A stretch of DNA of 64,000 nucleotides from Callorhinchus milii (lineage: Eukaryota). Each line of letters starts with the position of its first letter. The first letter of the stretch is position 1. The translations under genes were made by a program, and so were the position numbers. The notes under the pieces were generated by a model. The model did no database searches. It saw nothing but the letters and a program-made list of their open reading frames with translations, and was not told where the DNA came from. This document shows positions 38,114-51,223 of the stretch, one piece after another. Location of the stretch: NCBI RefSeq assembly GCF_018977255.1, contig NW_024704742.1, positions 135,100,001 through 135,164,000 of the forward strand. Reading direction: 5' to 3'.

Positions 38114-40947
38114 TTTTTAATATCAAAAGCCTTAAATATCATCTCTTTTTTCATCAGTTATGAAAATCATTTGAAGCACTTTTCTCTTTTTCAGAGCTTG
38201 AGAGCCGACTAGTTAAATACCAAATTTTGCTTTGTATATCAATGAACCACTTGTAACACAAAAAATGTTTTCAGTAAACTTTTATCTATTAAAAAAATCT
38301 GAAATCCTATCTGGGCGACAATACAGCCTGATCCCCTGATATAATGCATTGTTTTAGGTCCATACAATTAGAGCTGGTGTAAAACAATACAATAAATCGT
38401 ATTTATATAATAATAATCGTTGCATTTGATGTAGCTGCTTATCCCCTCGTTGAGACATCTCAAAGCACTTCACCGAATATATTGTGAAGTGAATTGACTA
38501 ATTTTATAAATATATATATTACATTTAGCAGATCCGCAAAATAAAAATAAAACTGACCCGCGCTACAGTGGGACCTCAGAATGAAACAAGTGAAGACAGA
38601 GAAGTGTCAGTACACTATCAAAAACACGTTCCTTAATCAAGTGTATTCAAGCTCTCTTGTTTTCATCTCTTGTCTCCCCCACCCCCCCCACCACACACAC
38701 TTAATTCAATCTCCGAGGTTGAATCTGATGTGTTTGTTACCAGCAGAAAAATGTTAAAATCTAATTTATCCTGTCTTGCTTCTGCCATTTTGTTATTTTT
38801 AAATTCTTTTTAATGCTATTTAAAAATAATGCGATTTAAATATGCTCAGATTTTAAGGATGGCAGCACTATGGGACGTCCTCCCGATGGGAAAGGCGCTA
38901 TACAAATATAATTTGTTGTAGCTTGTTGTATAAGCAGCTGATATAATACACAAAGTTTGTTTTACTGAGGGCCTGACTTGTGGTATTTTTCTACGTTCCT
39001 CTCCTTATGTGAGAACTCCAGGGTTCAATATAAGATCATTCCACCTTATGTTTTAAATCGCAATTCCTCTGCTTCTTCTCCAGAAATGCCCACCTTAGGG
39101 AGCTGTTTAATGGATCAGATTCATGGATCAGTTTATCCATGAATTTATTCCCTTGACAGAAAAAAAATTCCCGTCCAGATTTTAAACATTCTTTACATCA
39201 GCAAAAAAACGCAACAACAGTGGCCTGGGATAGCCCTTAGAATCACTGCACTTACAGTAAATCCTACAAAGTGCTTTGAGGTGTCCTGACATGAAAGGCA
39301 CTGTATCAAAGCCCCCTGTCGTGCCCTTTCTAAAGACCATCTAAAAACCTATCCATCTAAAGTCCTCTCTCTTTGACTTAGACTTTGGCCACTTACCCCA
39401 TTACCCTTCCTCTCCCACCACCCCCAATTCTTCATCCCAGCTTGTGCTCCCATTCGGTATTTATAAAGCTTTGAGACATTCTCTCTTGTGTGAAAGGTGT
39501 TATATATGAGCAAGTTGCTGTACTGTACGATAGCTTGATTGCTTCTTTAAATGATTTACACAGTCTTATTCAGCAGGAACTATTACTCACTGACTTGAAT
39601 GGGTTGTTAAATTTGGACAACACAAATGCCCTGTTTAGGGCTCCCATTATCTTGGAACAGCTTGCCATGTGTCTGGTCATTGTGGCCGAGTTTCCTTCAT
39701 ACACGTCAGTCCTGCGGTCAGAGAACTGTTCAGCAAACAATGGTAAAGGTCTACTACATATGTAAGCAGGACCATGAGCAGGTTCCGTCTGTCTATCTAG
39801 GTGGATTTTAACGTTCTCATGACACGACTCGAAAAGAGAAGCATTTTCAAGTTAATGTCAAACTACTAGTCTGCTCAAACTCTCTGATTCTCCATGTTAA
39901 TAAAAAACATTTAATTAAAATAAATCACTCTCATACTGTGGCCAACAATCTATCTGCTATCTGTTAAAACATGCCAATGACGATGGCCTCTGCTCCATTT
40001 ACTTCCACAAATCAACTATTTTAGCTGTTTGTACAATGTGTTTCTTGATTGTAGAGATTGCGCAAGATTGCCTATTTGGGCCCATCTTGCTATCATTTAT
40101 TAGTCAGATCCTAGCAGTATTAATTTCAAAGGTTATCTTGTATCTGACTAATTGTCCTGCTGCAATTTTGAATTTCAAAGGAGTCATGCGGAGTTTTGTG
40201 TGATCATAATGTGCACTTATTCACAATTCAGATGCATTTATGTGCATGGTCAACTTGGATTAAGTTTAAAAATTAATTCAAACATTGAAGTGACAATACT
40301 GTTTTCCAAAAATAGTCACCCTTTTATTGGGAAATGCAAGCTCTTCTGTATACAAGTAATTCCTCCAAAACCAACTTGTGTCAGAGATTGCAGGAAACAC
40401 TAATTTAGTGTTTTTGCAGAAAGATTTGAAAGCAAGGCCATGATTCATAACTGCTATGGTAGAGGTTGCCTAGTGAAGCAGAGAGTGAGGAGCCAGGTTT
40501 ATAATAATAATGGAGTGGAGTTCTGTAGTGTCCTGTAAGAAGGAACCCGTCTGTTACGGTTAGCCAATCGCCAAACGACCGGCTTCCTTCTTACTACTAG
40601 ATAAACAGAGGTGTGCGGAGTAAGGAAAATTAACTAAGGTTTCGCCCAGCCCGGGAATCGAACCCTCTCACTTGTGAGTCAAGCGCTAACCACTACGCTA
40701 CAGGACTCCACTGTAGTGATGCTCATTAGTTGACCAACTGTTGTGTTTTTTAAATTGATGTTGCAGACATCTGAGCACTTGTATTTCACGGTCATGGCAG
40801 AAAGCAAAAAAAATGGTATCCCGGTTTATAATGTGAAGGTCTTATGGTGGGTAAAGGAACTGTGGATTCTACCAAATGTACTTCTGCACAAGCATGAGAT
40901 AATTCTCTTCGATATACTTCTTGCGGTCTCTTTTTTTTTTCCATTCC

Positions 40948-40954
40948 TACTAAC
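40948..40954 (+). promoter_or_regulatory. Consensus branch point TACTAAC (also a QKI-type ACTAAY motif) upstream of the 69-nt exon
   Basis: Exact TACTAAC about 73 nt before the acceptor; no AG between 40899 and 41024. Confidence 0.6.
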
Positions 40955-41026
40955 GCTGTTATTATTATTTTCCCCTAAATTTACTCTGCTTCTCTTCTCT
41001 CCTGTCTTCCCTTTCTCTTCTGCAAG

Positions 41027-41095
41027 CTGCCTTGGCTGCCTCTGAGGCTGACGGCTCTGGCTCTGTTTTACACAGCTGCCCCTCAGTCAATGAAG
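41027..41095 (+). CDS. WDR7: WDR7 69-nt symmetric (phase 1-1) cassette-type exon
   Basis: Long pyrimidine tract, tgcaag acceptor, gtattc donor; (A)ALAASEADGSGSVLHSCPSVNE(G) resembles recalled human ...SDADHSGS...LHTCFLVNEG; phases fit both neighbouring exons. Confidence 0.8.
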
Positions 41096-42661
41096 GTATT
41101 CTCCTCCTTCTCTAATACTTCATGCCTTCTTCCATCAGTTTTGCTCTTACTTACCATGCGACTTTACAGTACCATCAAAGGTGGACAAGTGTAGGTGGAC
41201 GCACTTGTGCGGTGAGTTGAAGTCGAGCAAAAGTTCTGTTGTTTTCTCCCATCCCTGGACCATTTATGTTTTGTTGAAAGTAGAATATGCCACATGTTTA
41301 CATTTGAACACGTTTGAACTTGACATTCACACAGGGCATATGAACGGTTTGTGTTTCTAACCTGCTGCTCTGTGAAACGTTTAACCAGCGATTTGGCTGC
41401 AGAGGAATGGGAGTTCCAAATCAAAACTGGAAGTTTTGTAGACGGGTGCTGAAACTTGCATGACCTTCCACACACAATTTAACCTGCTTGCCTAAATATT
41501 AAAGTAAATGGCTTTATTAGTGTCGCTCAGTTGCCCACGGTTTAAAAGTTTTGGTTTGAGACAGCCTGAATACAGATCATTTTATGTAGAATTTCCTTTC
41601 TGGTACGATGCCATGAATTGGGATGCTCTCAAGTTAATTACGTACATTAACAATCAGACATTTGTATAATAACATCTTTCACATCGGGAGGATGCCTCAA
41701 AGTGTTTTAAGCAGCTGATCTTAAGTGTTAAGGAGAGCTTTGAAAGTGGGGAGTGAAGGAGTGACTTCGGGATGGAGTGAATGGAGATGGATGTCAGTGA
41801 ACGTAATCTGGTAACTTTGGGATTAACACTATCCACAAATGTCTCAGGCTAGGTTGCTTCCACCTAACAGCTTTAAAGCATAAAGTATGCAAACTGAGTG
41901 CGTATCACCAGTATGTATCTCTCTTTCTCGTCAACCCACTTAGTGTTGAGACTAAAATGAATCGTTGAAATGACTGTCAGCCCATAAAGCCATTTTCTTC
42001 CTAAATCACTGTGAGCGCCATCTGATTTTTTTTTAAATTGTACACTTTGTCAAACGATATTTTTTTTCAAACTTTTGTTTGATAGCCTGCATTAAATTGT
42101 GAAGTAGTTGCTTTTTGATCTCTTAGAAAAGTTGCTACAGTTTATTAACAAGTTGTTTTTATCTAATGTTGTACTTTGAACCTACCATGCAGTTTTTCTG
42201 TGGTAAACGGCTGCAGTTAACACGCTAGCTGCCATCTTGTAGATAAGAGGCCTGAAATTCCACTTAGATCTTGTCTTAAAATGAATCACCTAGAAATCTA
42301 CAGAACAAAACAAACCCAAATAATAATAATTTGGTTACTCAATCCACGACTGTTTATGGGACCCTGCTGTGCGCAATTGGCTGCCGCGTTTCGTCCACAA
42401 AATATACATTATATTCTGTGGAGCCCTTGAAGACATGATAAGATGCTTTATCAAATGAAAGAGTTATTGTATAAGGCCATTTGGCCCATCGTATCTGTGC
42501 TGGCTCTTTTAAAGAGCAATCCTTTCAGTCCCATTTACTTGCCATGTCATTGTAAATCATTCCCCACGACACTAGTAATAATAATAATAATAGTACTTTT
42601 TCCAGCAAGGAGACTGGTGCCAGCTCTGCTCAGATGTAGTTTGTCCATCCTGCCCAGACCA

Positions 42662-42777
42662 CAATTGTGGAAAATTCTTTGTGTTGATTTCTAAACTTAT
42701 TTACCACTGTTCTTGGAAGGAAATCAACATCCAAGTTAAGACTGAATTGAAGAATTTTCCACAATTCTGCACAATCC
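42662..42777. mobile_element. MITE-like palindromic element (related copies ~4190-4275, ~43385-43432, ~62590-62710)
   Basis: Inverted ends of the type GTGCAGAATT.TGGAAAATTC / TTAAGACTGAATT...GAATTTTCCACAATT. Confidence 0.55.
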
Positions 42778-43444
42778 TAAAATTTTTAACACAACAATAA
42801 CTCGCATTTACACACCGTCCCTTACACAGGGTGGCATCCCAGAGCGGAGCACGGCGCTGGGAAGGGGGAAGTGACTCAACACGGTTGAAAAGAAAGACAA
42901 AATGATCTTACAGGTCGAAGACGAGATGGAATTTCAGGCCCCGTTTGCTTGTAGTAATTGTCTGAACAGTGAAAGCAAATATTTTGGATGACCATTTGAT
43001 AATCGCTGAAGATTCAGATTTGATGACACAACCTAGGCGCAGTGATTACGTGGAATGGACTACCCAGGGAGGCCTTGGAGGCGGATTGCGTCAACAAATT
43101 CAAGAGGGAATTACATAGCTATTTGGCGAAAAAAATCGATTCCTGGCATATAAAACATAGAAAAATGCAGGATTTTTTTTGTAAACGTTGCGACTAGCCA
43201 AATAGATCACATTTTTTTTTCTGGTCCTGTATGTTCCTATTTTTCAACTATGCAGCAAACCCCAAACACTGCACTGGAGGGTCAGCCTAGACTTGAGACT
43301 TGAACCCATAAACTCCCAACTCAGAGGTGAACGTGCCATTAATCTGAGGGAACAGCTGAGCCATTATTCTTAAACCCAAATTAATTCCAAATTTCCAATT
43401 AAGACTGAATTTTAAAAAATTGCACAATCTTAAGTGTTAATGTC

Positions 43445-43695
43445 AATAATAATAATCCTTGCATTTAATATAGTGCCTTATCACGTTGTTGAGATGTCTC
43501 AAAGCGCTTCACAGAATATACTGTAAAGTGTAGTTACTGTGTATTTTGTGGATGAAATACGGCAGCCAAATGCGTACAGCAGTATCCCACAAACAGTTGT
43601 GGATTGAGTAAACAATTTTTAGGGTTTATTACCCCAGAAAGCAATCCGCCAATCGACTAACAACCAGGCTCCTACTTACTGCTAGGCAAACAAAG
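43445..43695 (-). mobile_element. SINE, long form, head missing
   Basis: Family similarity. Confidence 0.85.
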
Positions 43696-44190
43696 GTCTT
43701 AAGGCTAAAACCATGATAATTTTCAGACCACTGACAGTGCTGATATGACAAGAAGAATGGGCCACTGACCTGACAGAAAAATTAAGTAAAATTAAGCAAA
43801 ATAACTTTGTTCGAGAATCTGACTGTAAAAACATGTAAAGAAGAATTCGAGTGAAGATCACCTGCTCTGGAGTGAAACAGCCTCTAGATTACACTTATGA
43901 AAGTCAACAGGAAAAATATCTTTATCAAAATGCTAAGAGTCTGATTTTTTTGCTATAAAATCAATTAAGTGGTTGTTCAACTGACTGTCTGCTGTCAAAA
44001 AAATTCACAATAGGTACTGGATTAATTCCCTCTAGGGATATAATAAATAATAACCACATTCCTAATACTTGCCATTAGCAGATTAATCAATCTCATATTT
44101 CACAGCACTTAGATGCATTCAACACACACAGGTTTTAAATACTGATACAACATACACCGGGAACAAATTACATTTCCTGTTCTTGCTGCG

Positions 44191-44222
<32 letters not shown>

Positions 44223-44230
44223 ATCTCTCT
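44191..44230. repeat. (CT)n microsatellite
   Basis: CT dinucleotide run. Confidence 0.9.
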
Positions 44231-45479
44231 GTCATTCAGTTACCACAAAAGCCTGTTAATGCCCCTGAGGAAATAAAACTAATTGGAACAATTAACTTTT
44301 AAATAGAGTTAAACAATAAACAATTCAGCTCATTTGTCCCTATAAATGAAATGCCTGAAAAAGTAGCCAGCAATTTAATCTATTGTTTCCAAATCTATTG
44401 AACAAGATATGGAACGTAAGTGCAAAGGTTACATATCCCAGGACTAAATTGTTAAATCGATTATAATAACAATAATATGCGCCTTTCGCAGAAAACAGAA
44501 CGTCTCAAAGCACCTTATCGGAATAAATTAAGGTGAATGTTATATAGGCAAATGTGGCTTCTAAACTGCTATGGTAACACTAAGATGACACGATGGGACA
44601 AATGGCTTTCTCCTGTGCTGTAAATTACTATAGTAGCATCCAACAAGCAATGAAAGGAGTAGTCAATTAATTTGAGGGTAACTCTGGATGATAACGAAAT
44701 AAATATAATCCAAGAAAACCATAAACCTTTTCTCCCCCCACCCCCACACACACATTATTTACAATAGTAACAGGCTATTGTACTGAAAGACTATGGGACT
44801 GAAAGGATTGCTCTCAAAAGACACGATGGGTGAATGACCTTGTGTTGTAAATGTCTATGGTTCTAGACAGAAGTGGCTCCTTAGAGCACACGGCATATAG
44901 AACTAAATTTCAAACACAATCAAATGGTATATGTGGAAATAAATAATGCCTTCTATTGAATGTGCAGACTTAAAGGGGGAATAAAATACCTTTTACTCAT
45001 CAAAATAATTTTTTTTATCATATTAAGTTTACAGCACTGGAGGAGGACACACAGCTAGTCACTTTTGTATTGGCACTAGTTCTCCTCCCATCAACTACAG
45101 CTCCCCATCACCGAAAACCTTTTTCCTGGGGAACTGTGCTGGAAAGGCCTGGGCATTACACTGCAAATGGCGGAAATCGTGCCAGAAATGCCCGATTAAG
45201 CACAGTCCTTCAAACTCCACTGCATCCAGCAAGCACATTTTAGAGGCACCGCAGTAAACGAAATTCATCTGCAGATGAAATGTTGTGCGATTTAAATTTC
45301 CCACTTGCAATTCATGCTAATTCAGCTGCATTGCTGAAAAATTTGGGGCTGTCTCTTTGCAGACACCGTGCACTTGTTTGAAACCTTTTTACAAATAAAG
45401 TGATGGAGTCTTGCAACCTATCTCTCTGGGGCTGAAATGACTCGCAGATTCCAAGGGGTAAATAGGTAGCATTTTACTA

Positions 45480-45653
<174 letters not shown>

Positions 45654-45771
45654 CTAAACCAACACACAGAGACACAGAGAGAGACCATAAAATAACATTC
45701 TTGCATTTTATATAGCATCTTTCTCATCAGAAGGACGTCTCAAAGTGCTTCACACTCGCCTACACGATACA

Positions 45772-46080
45772 TGGAGTCCTGGCCAAGGCAAAACTTTAAA
45801 ACAAATTTCCTAACTCCGTTTAGCTAGAAGGAAGTAGGAACCCAGTTGTTAGTCGATTGGCGGAATGTTTTTCTGGGGGTAATAATCCATCCAAAAAATA
45901 ACAATTTTGTCACTTCAATCCACAACTGTTTGTGGGACACTGCTGTGTGCAATTGGCTTCTGCGTTCCATGCATAAACATACAGTCAATTCACTTTATAG
46001 TATATTCTGCGAAGCGCTTTGAGACGTCTCAATGACATGTTAAGGCACTATATTAAATGCAACGATTATTATCATTATTT
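45772..46080 (+). mobile_element. SINE, long form
   Basis: Family similarity. Confidence 0.85.
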
Positions 46081-46564
46081 TCATATAACGTAAATATATT
46101 ATGCGTATTTTATAAGTGAACTCGGTGGACAACATCACACGGAAAAGTCCTGCAAAAGACCAAGGGATGAAACTACCATTTTTAAAATTTGCGCTCTGTG
46201 GCACGAAATACCAAATTCTTATTAGCTAACATGACATGAAACTAGCGAAGATCAAGTCTGGCAGAAAGTTACGCTTTCTGTTAGATGTTCACTCAGTAGA
46301 TGCAGCACTTCCTGCAAAGTTGTATTTTGAACGTCTAGATATTTTGGAATTTTTAAGCTGACAGAACAGGTGGTAGCAGTCGTTTCTCGTGAGAAACTAA
46401 TGGTTTTCTTATTCTTCTTGGAAAAATAACATAAGGGTTAAATCTCTTTACCTAAGAAATGAGCAACTGCCTTTGACAAATGGAAGATATGGCTCCAGCT
46501 CAGATATACAACTGAATTTTTGAAAGTTATTCTGACCTTGATTACGTGAGCTGCATTTATGATA

Positions 46565-46835
46565 AAAATAGTAATCCTCACCACATCACATAGTCAAGAT
46601 GTCTACAGAGCTTCACAGGATATACCTAAAGTGGATTAACTGTGTATTTTGTGGGCGGAACGCGTAGCCAGTAGCACACAGCAATGTCCCACAAACAATT
46701 GTATTTTAGGGGGATTGTTGGTCAGGATACTAGGAGAAACTCCCTTCTCTTTTCAAATAGTGCCATGTGGTCTTTAACGTCCACCTGAACAGGCAGACGG
46801 GACCTTGGTTTAATATCTCATCTGTAGGACGGAGT
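46565..46835 (-). mobile_element. DeuSINE-like relic with the same 3' half as the abundant SINE
   Basis: Deu-like domain at 46720-46835 runs into the TTTGTGGGACATTGCTGTG... 3' segment. Confidence 0.65.
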
Positions 46836-47714
46836 ACAGTGTCTGGAGCTTCTTGGTGAAAGTTATAGCAAAGACTAACTATGATCTGAGAACTTTTTGG
46901 TGTCTTGGAGAATACACACAGCCTCACACATAGAACAGAATAGAACCCAAACTGATCAGAAATGTCTTGTATTTTTAAATGGGAACTAATGTTGAGTAGA
47001 TAAACCTGATGGAGGGATCCAGTTAGCACAGACAACGAAATACATAGTCAATCCACTTTATAATATATTCTGTGAAGCGCTTTGAGACTTTTCAACGACA
47101 TGATAAGGCTCTGTATCAAATGCAAGGATTATCATTATTAATTATGGATCGAATAGCCTCCTTTCATGCCGTGCTGTGTATTTCCTATGGCTGTTTCCAG
47201 TAATGAAGTTATTGCTTTCATATTAATCCACTTTCTCTCCATTACTAAGCATATTATCCTTTATCAGAAAAAGCTTCTTAGGTAGCTATACTCAAATACT
47301 CGGTGCTTTGGGCATCTCTTGTGCCTCAAATTAAGGAGGAAATATAAACCAGGAAACCAGGTAGAAAACTTCGCTTACAAGGAAACAAGCCACTCAGCCC
47401 ATCTGATCCCTCATGTTTATATCTAGCTTCCTCTTAAATGCATCTATTCTATTTGATTCAACCACTGCTTCGGGCAGCAAGTTGCACAATCTCACTGCTC
47501 TCTGCTTGAAATAGTTCTTCCTAATTGTCTTTGAGGCCCCCTTAGCACCATCTTATGTCTGTGTCATGCAGTTATGAACTCCCCAACCAGCAGGAACAAC
47601 CCATTTATTCTTTTCTTTCTAAGAACGCAGTTAGGACTGAAATTAATGATTCAACCAAAAGAGGGATGATGCTCTGGGAATAAACTTACGTTTAATGTAG
47701 AATGTTACGCGAGG

Positions 47715-48060
47715 CACATTTGCCTCTATTTTGGGTTCAGGCCCCACATTGGAACTTTTAGCTCAACAGTGTTTGCTGACACTCCAATGCAGTGGTGAGG
47801 GTGTGATGAATTGTTGGAGGTGCCATCTTTTGGACGAGACGTTAAAGATCTCATGGCACTATTTGAAAAGAGAGGGAGTTTCTCTCTCCTGGTGTCAGGG
47901 CCCACAATCCCCCAAATTGGTCACTCACTTCATGTTTGTGGGACATTGTTATGAGCAAACTGGCTGCTATGTTGACCTGGAAATACAGTCGCTACACTTC
48001 ATACTAAAACCGTGCGAAGCCCCTCGAGACGGCTCGACAACGTGAATCAAGTGCAAGGGA
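47715..48060 (+). mobile_element. DeuSINE-like relic
   Basis: GGAGGTGCCATCTTTTGGACGAGACGTTAAAGATCTCATGGCACTATTTGAA, followed by the shared 3' half. Confidence 0.65.
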
Positions 48061-48642
48061 TATTTTTATGTCGTCAAACACAGCTGTCAATCTGCACCAG
48101 CAATGTCCCATGAGCAACCAAACATAATCCTTACCCTAAACGCTAAGCCAGAGGCAGACAGCCACCACTTGGGTAGGGTTAAGCTAATTGCTATTTTTGG
48201 TGAAAATCCTGGCTCACCCTCCCTCAACCCCTTAATGCTATCTCATTTTTTTGCAAATCTGTACTTTCAACACAATTTCTGTCATTCCAGCAGAGGTGCA
48301 ATGTTAAGGCTACCTGCTCATTTATCAAACATAGGTACCAGAAGCTATTTACCAGTCTCACACGTGCTGCTGAAACTCACAGTCAGCGAAGTGTCAACTG
48401 ATAAAATATAGGGTATAAATTCTGATATGCAACCAGCCTCATATCAACTCGCTTGCAAGGCGAGTCCACATTTCTACAATTAAAAAAGTATAATTTATTT
48501 AACGTTAATTTTGTTTTCTTTATCATTTAAGGAGTGTCGACTTTTAACAATTTTCTCAACACAACTCGGATGAATTTAATAGATAAGTAATAATAATAAT
48601 ACTTAAGTTGTAAAGTGCTGGCGTTGAAAATGATGCCCCTCC

Positions 48643-49065
48643 TTTTTTTTGGTCAGCCAGGTGTCTGACACATGCGGACACCCACATCATGATTAAGCCT
48701 GATTGTCCAGCACCCTGGGAGTCTTTCCGACATGAAGGGCGCTATACAACTGTAATTTGTTGTTGTTAAGAGCATCCAAACCAAACCGAGAATTCCCTGC
48801 ATCCCACCTACACATGGAAATTCCAGCGATAGATTGTTGGAATGGAATGCGCTCTCTCTAACCTGGAGGGACTCATCCTGCTTACCTAATCCCGGAAAGT
48901 ATTAGGTGCAGGTTGACAAGAGTCAAGGTTTTGGGGACCCCAGGGTGTGTGTTGGGGTAACTGCTGGAGTCTAACCAGCTGAAACCGCATAGCTTGCCAT
49001 TGAGACCACTGTCTGGCAATCTTTCCTGCTGCTTGTCCAGCTAGGGCTAACCTACCCGTTAGGGC
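48643..49065. repeat. Unclassified interspersed repeat (other pieces ~3727-3860, ~4855-5080, ~59520-59835, ~60967-61040, ~61225-61420)
   Basis: Shared TTTTTGGTCAGC...GTCTGACACATGCGGAAACCCATCA and GAAAGTATTAGG.GCAGGTTG.CAAGAG motifs. Confidence 0.75.
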
Positions 49066-49126
49066 TTTGTCCTGCAGATGCTCCTCTCCACGAGGCTCTT
49101 TCCCCTCACGATATGGTGACAACTCA

Positions 49127-49291
<165 letters not shown>

Positions 49292-49305
49292 TCAAAAATA
49301 CTGTT

Positions 49306-49626
49306 ATAATAATAATCCTTGCATTTGATATAGCGCTTTTCACGTCGGGAGGACGTCCCAAAGCGCTTCACAGAACACACTGTAAAGTGAATTGACTGTA
49401 TATTTGTGGGCGAACGCGGCAGCCAATTGCGCACAGCAATGTCTCACAAACAGTCGTAGATTGAAAATGAACAATTTATTATTGTTTTTGGTTTTGGAGG
49501 GATTATTATTAGGCTCTGTGTGGAGTAAGGAAACTTGCCCAAGGTTTCGCCCTGACCTGCCTGGAATTGAACTCAGGTCTCTCGCTTGCAAAGCGAGTGC
49601 TCTAACCACTGAGCTACAGGACTCCA
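49306..49626 (-). mobile_element. tRNA(Ala)-derived SINE, short young form
   Basis: Intact head and an L2-like tail loop. Confidence 0.93.
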
Positions 49627-49936
49627 CATTTCTAAACTTATTTACCACTGTTCTTGGAAGGAAATCAACATCCAAGTTAAGACTGAATTGATGTTCATGA
49701 TAAGACTCATCGATTCAACGTTTAAATTACTTCCAACATTGTGACGATCCATTCAAAACCAAAAAGGTCAAGTGATCCCCTTTACACTGTTCCAGACCAT
49801 CACATATCTCTATTCCCAAGGCCGTTTGGTCTTTATAAAATTGTCCCAATTTGTTTTATAAAGATGCAGTACTGCATTTTCAATAACTTACTGACTCTCA
49901 AAGCCATTGCAGAGCTGTTGATTGCGCAGCAAGTGT

Positions 49937-49961
49937 NNNNNNNNNNNNNNNNNNNNNNNNN
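49937..49961. other. Assembly gap (25 N)
   Basis: Run of N. Confidence 1.
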
Positions 49962-51001
49962 GGCCGTGACTGTGAGTGGGGGAGTTTATGTGTAGGGAAA
50001 GGTTGAGTGAGGAGAGCAGGGAAGAGAAGTCTGTGGAGATGGAGCAGGAGGGGGTGAAGTGTAGGTTAAAGTCGCCCAGGATGATGAGGCGATCAGAGGA
50101 GAGGCAAAGAGATGTGAGGAGTGTTGAAATGTCAGAGATGAAGGTGGGAGAGGTTTTAGGGGGCCGGTAGAGGAGGAGGATTTTAAGGGAGAGGAATGAG
50201 GGGTGGGAGAGGGTGAGGTGCTCGAAGGAGGGGAAAGAGCCAGAGGAGTAGGGGGATAGGGCAAGTGGTGTCCTTGAGATAAGGGCAACACCACCGCCAC
50301 GGCGGTTGGGGCGGGGGATGTGGTGGGAGGTGTAGCCGGGTGGCGTGGCCTCCGTGAGGGGGAAGGTGTCGCCTGGGGTGAGCCACGTTTCTGTCAAGGC
50401 CATGATATCAACGTTCTCATCAAGGATGAGATCGTTGATGACCAGGGCCTTGTTGCAGAGGGAGCGGACATTTTGCAGTCCGATGTGGAGGGAGCGGTTG
50501 ACAGAAGGGTGTGTGGGAGGGGAGGGGGTCCAGGTTGTGAGGCAGGGGTGGGGGAGATGGGGATGAGGGAGGAGAGGTTGACTCCCCGGGTCTGTGTCCG
50601 GGGTGGCTGGCGAGAGTGGTGGGGAATGGGGCAGTCGGTGTGGCTGCTGCTGGACAGCCAACGCCGAGTGCCGCGGTGAGCCCGGCGGAGGATTCCCAGA
50701 CTGGAACAGAGGGAGGTTGTGGGAGGGTCAAGTGGGGATAGAAGACGAGAGGGACGGAGAGAGAGGAGGAGAGAGCGGGAGAGATGGAGAGGGGGAGGGT
50801 TTGGGGGGAGAGAGGAGGGAGGGAGGGAGGGGGTGAGGGGGCTCGGGTCAAAGCGGCAGCCATAGTGCGCACGCGGGGACCGGGAGCGAGCGGTCAGGTG
50901 GATGGCATTATCCCGCAGATTGGGGCATCGAACCCAACAGGACCATAGTGGGCTCTGATGTGAGCCCTGGGGGGGGGGGGCGCAGGGTTTTTTTTTTTTT
51001 T
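49962..51001 (-). mobile_element. Same young L2, 5' part, in reverse orientation
   Basis: Reverse complement of ~24633-25676; ORF 49888-50661 carries the APE motifs. Confidence 0.93.
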
Positions 51002-51223
51002 GTGAAGGGCAGTGAAGGGTTTGCACCTACGCTGGGGGTTGGAATCATGAGGGGTGGAGGGCAAAGGATGGGGGTGAGAGGAAGACTGAAAGCACGGTCA
51101 AAGAGGAGGACTTGAGCCAGCCTTTCAAGGAGGCAAGGGAGGGGGTGAGATAGATGGAGTTCCAGAGGGCGGGGCAGAAAGGCAGAAGGCCTAATCACCG
51201 ATGGTTGAACGGGCGGAGCGGGG

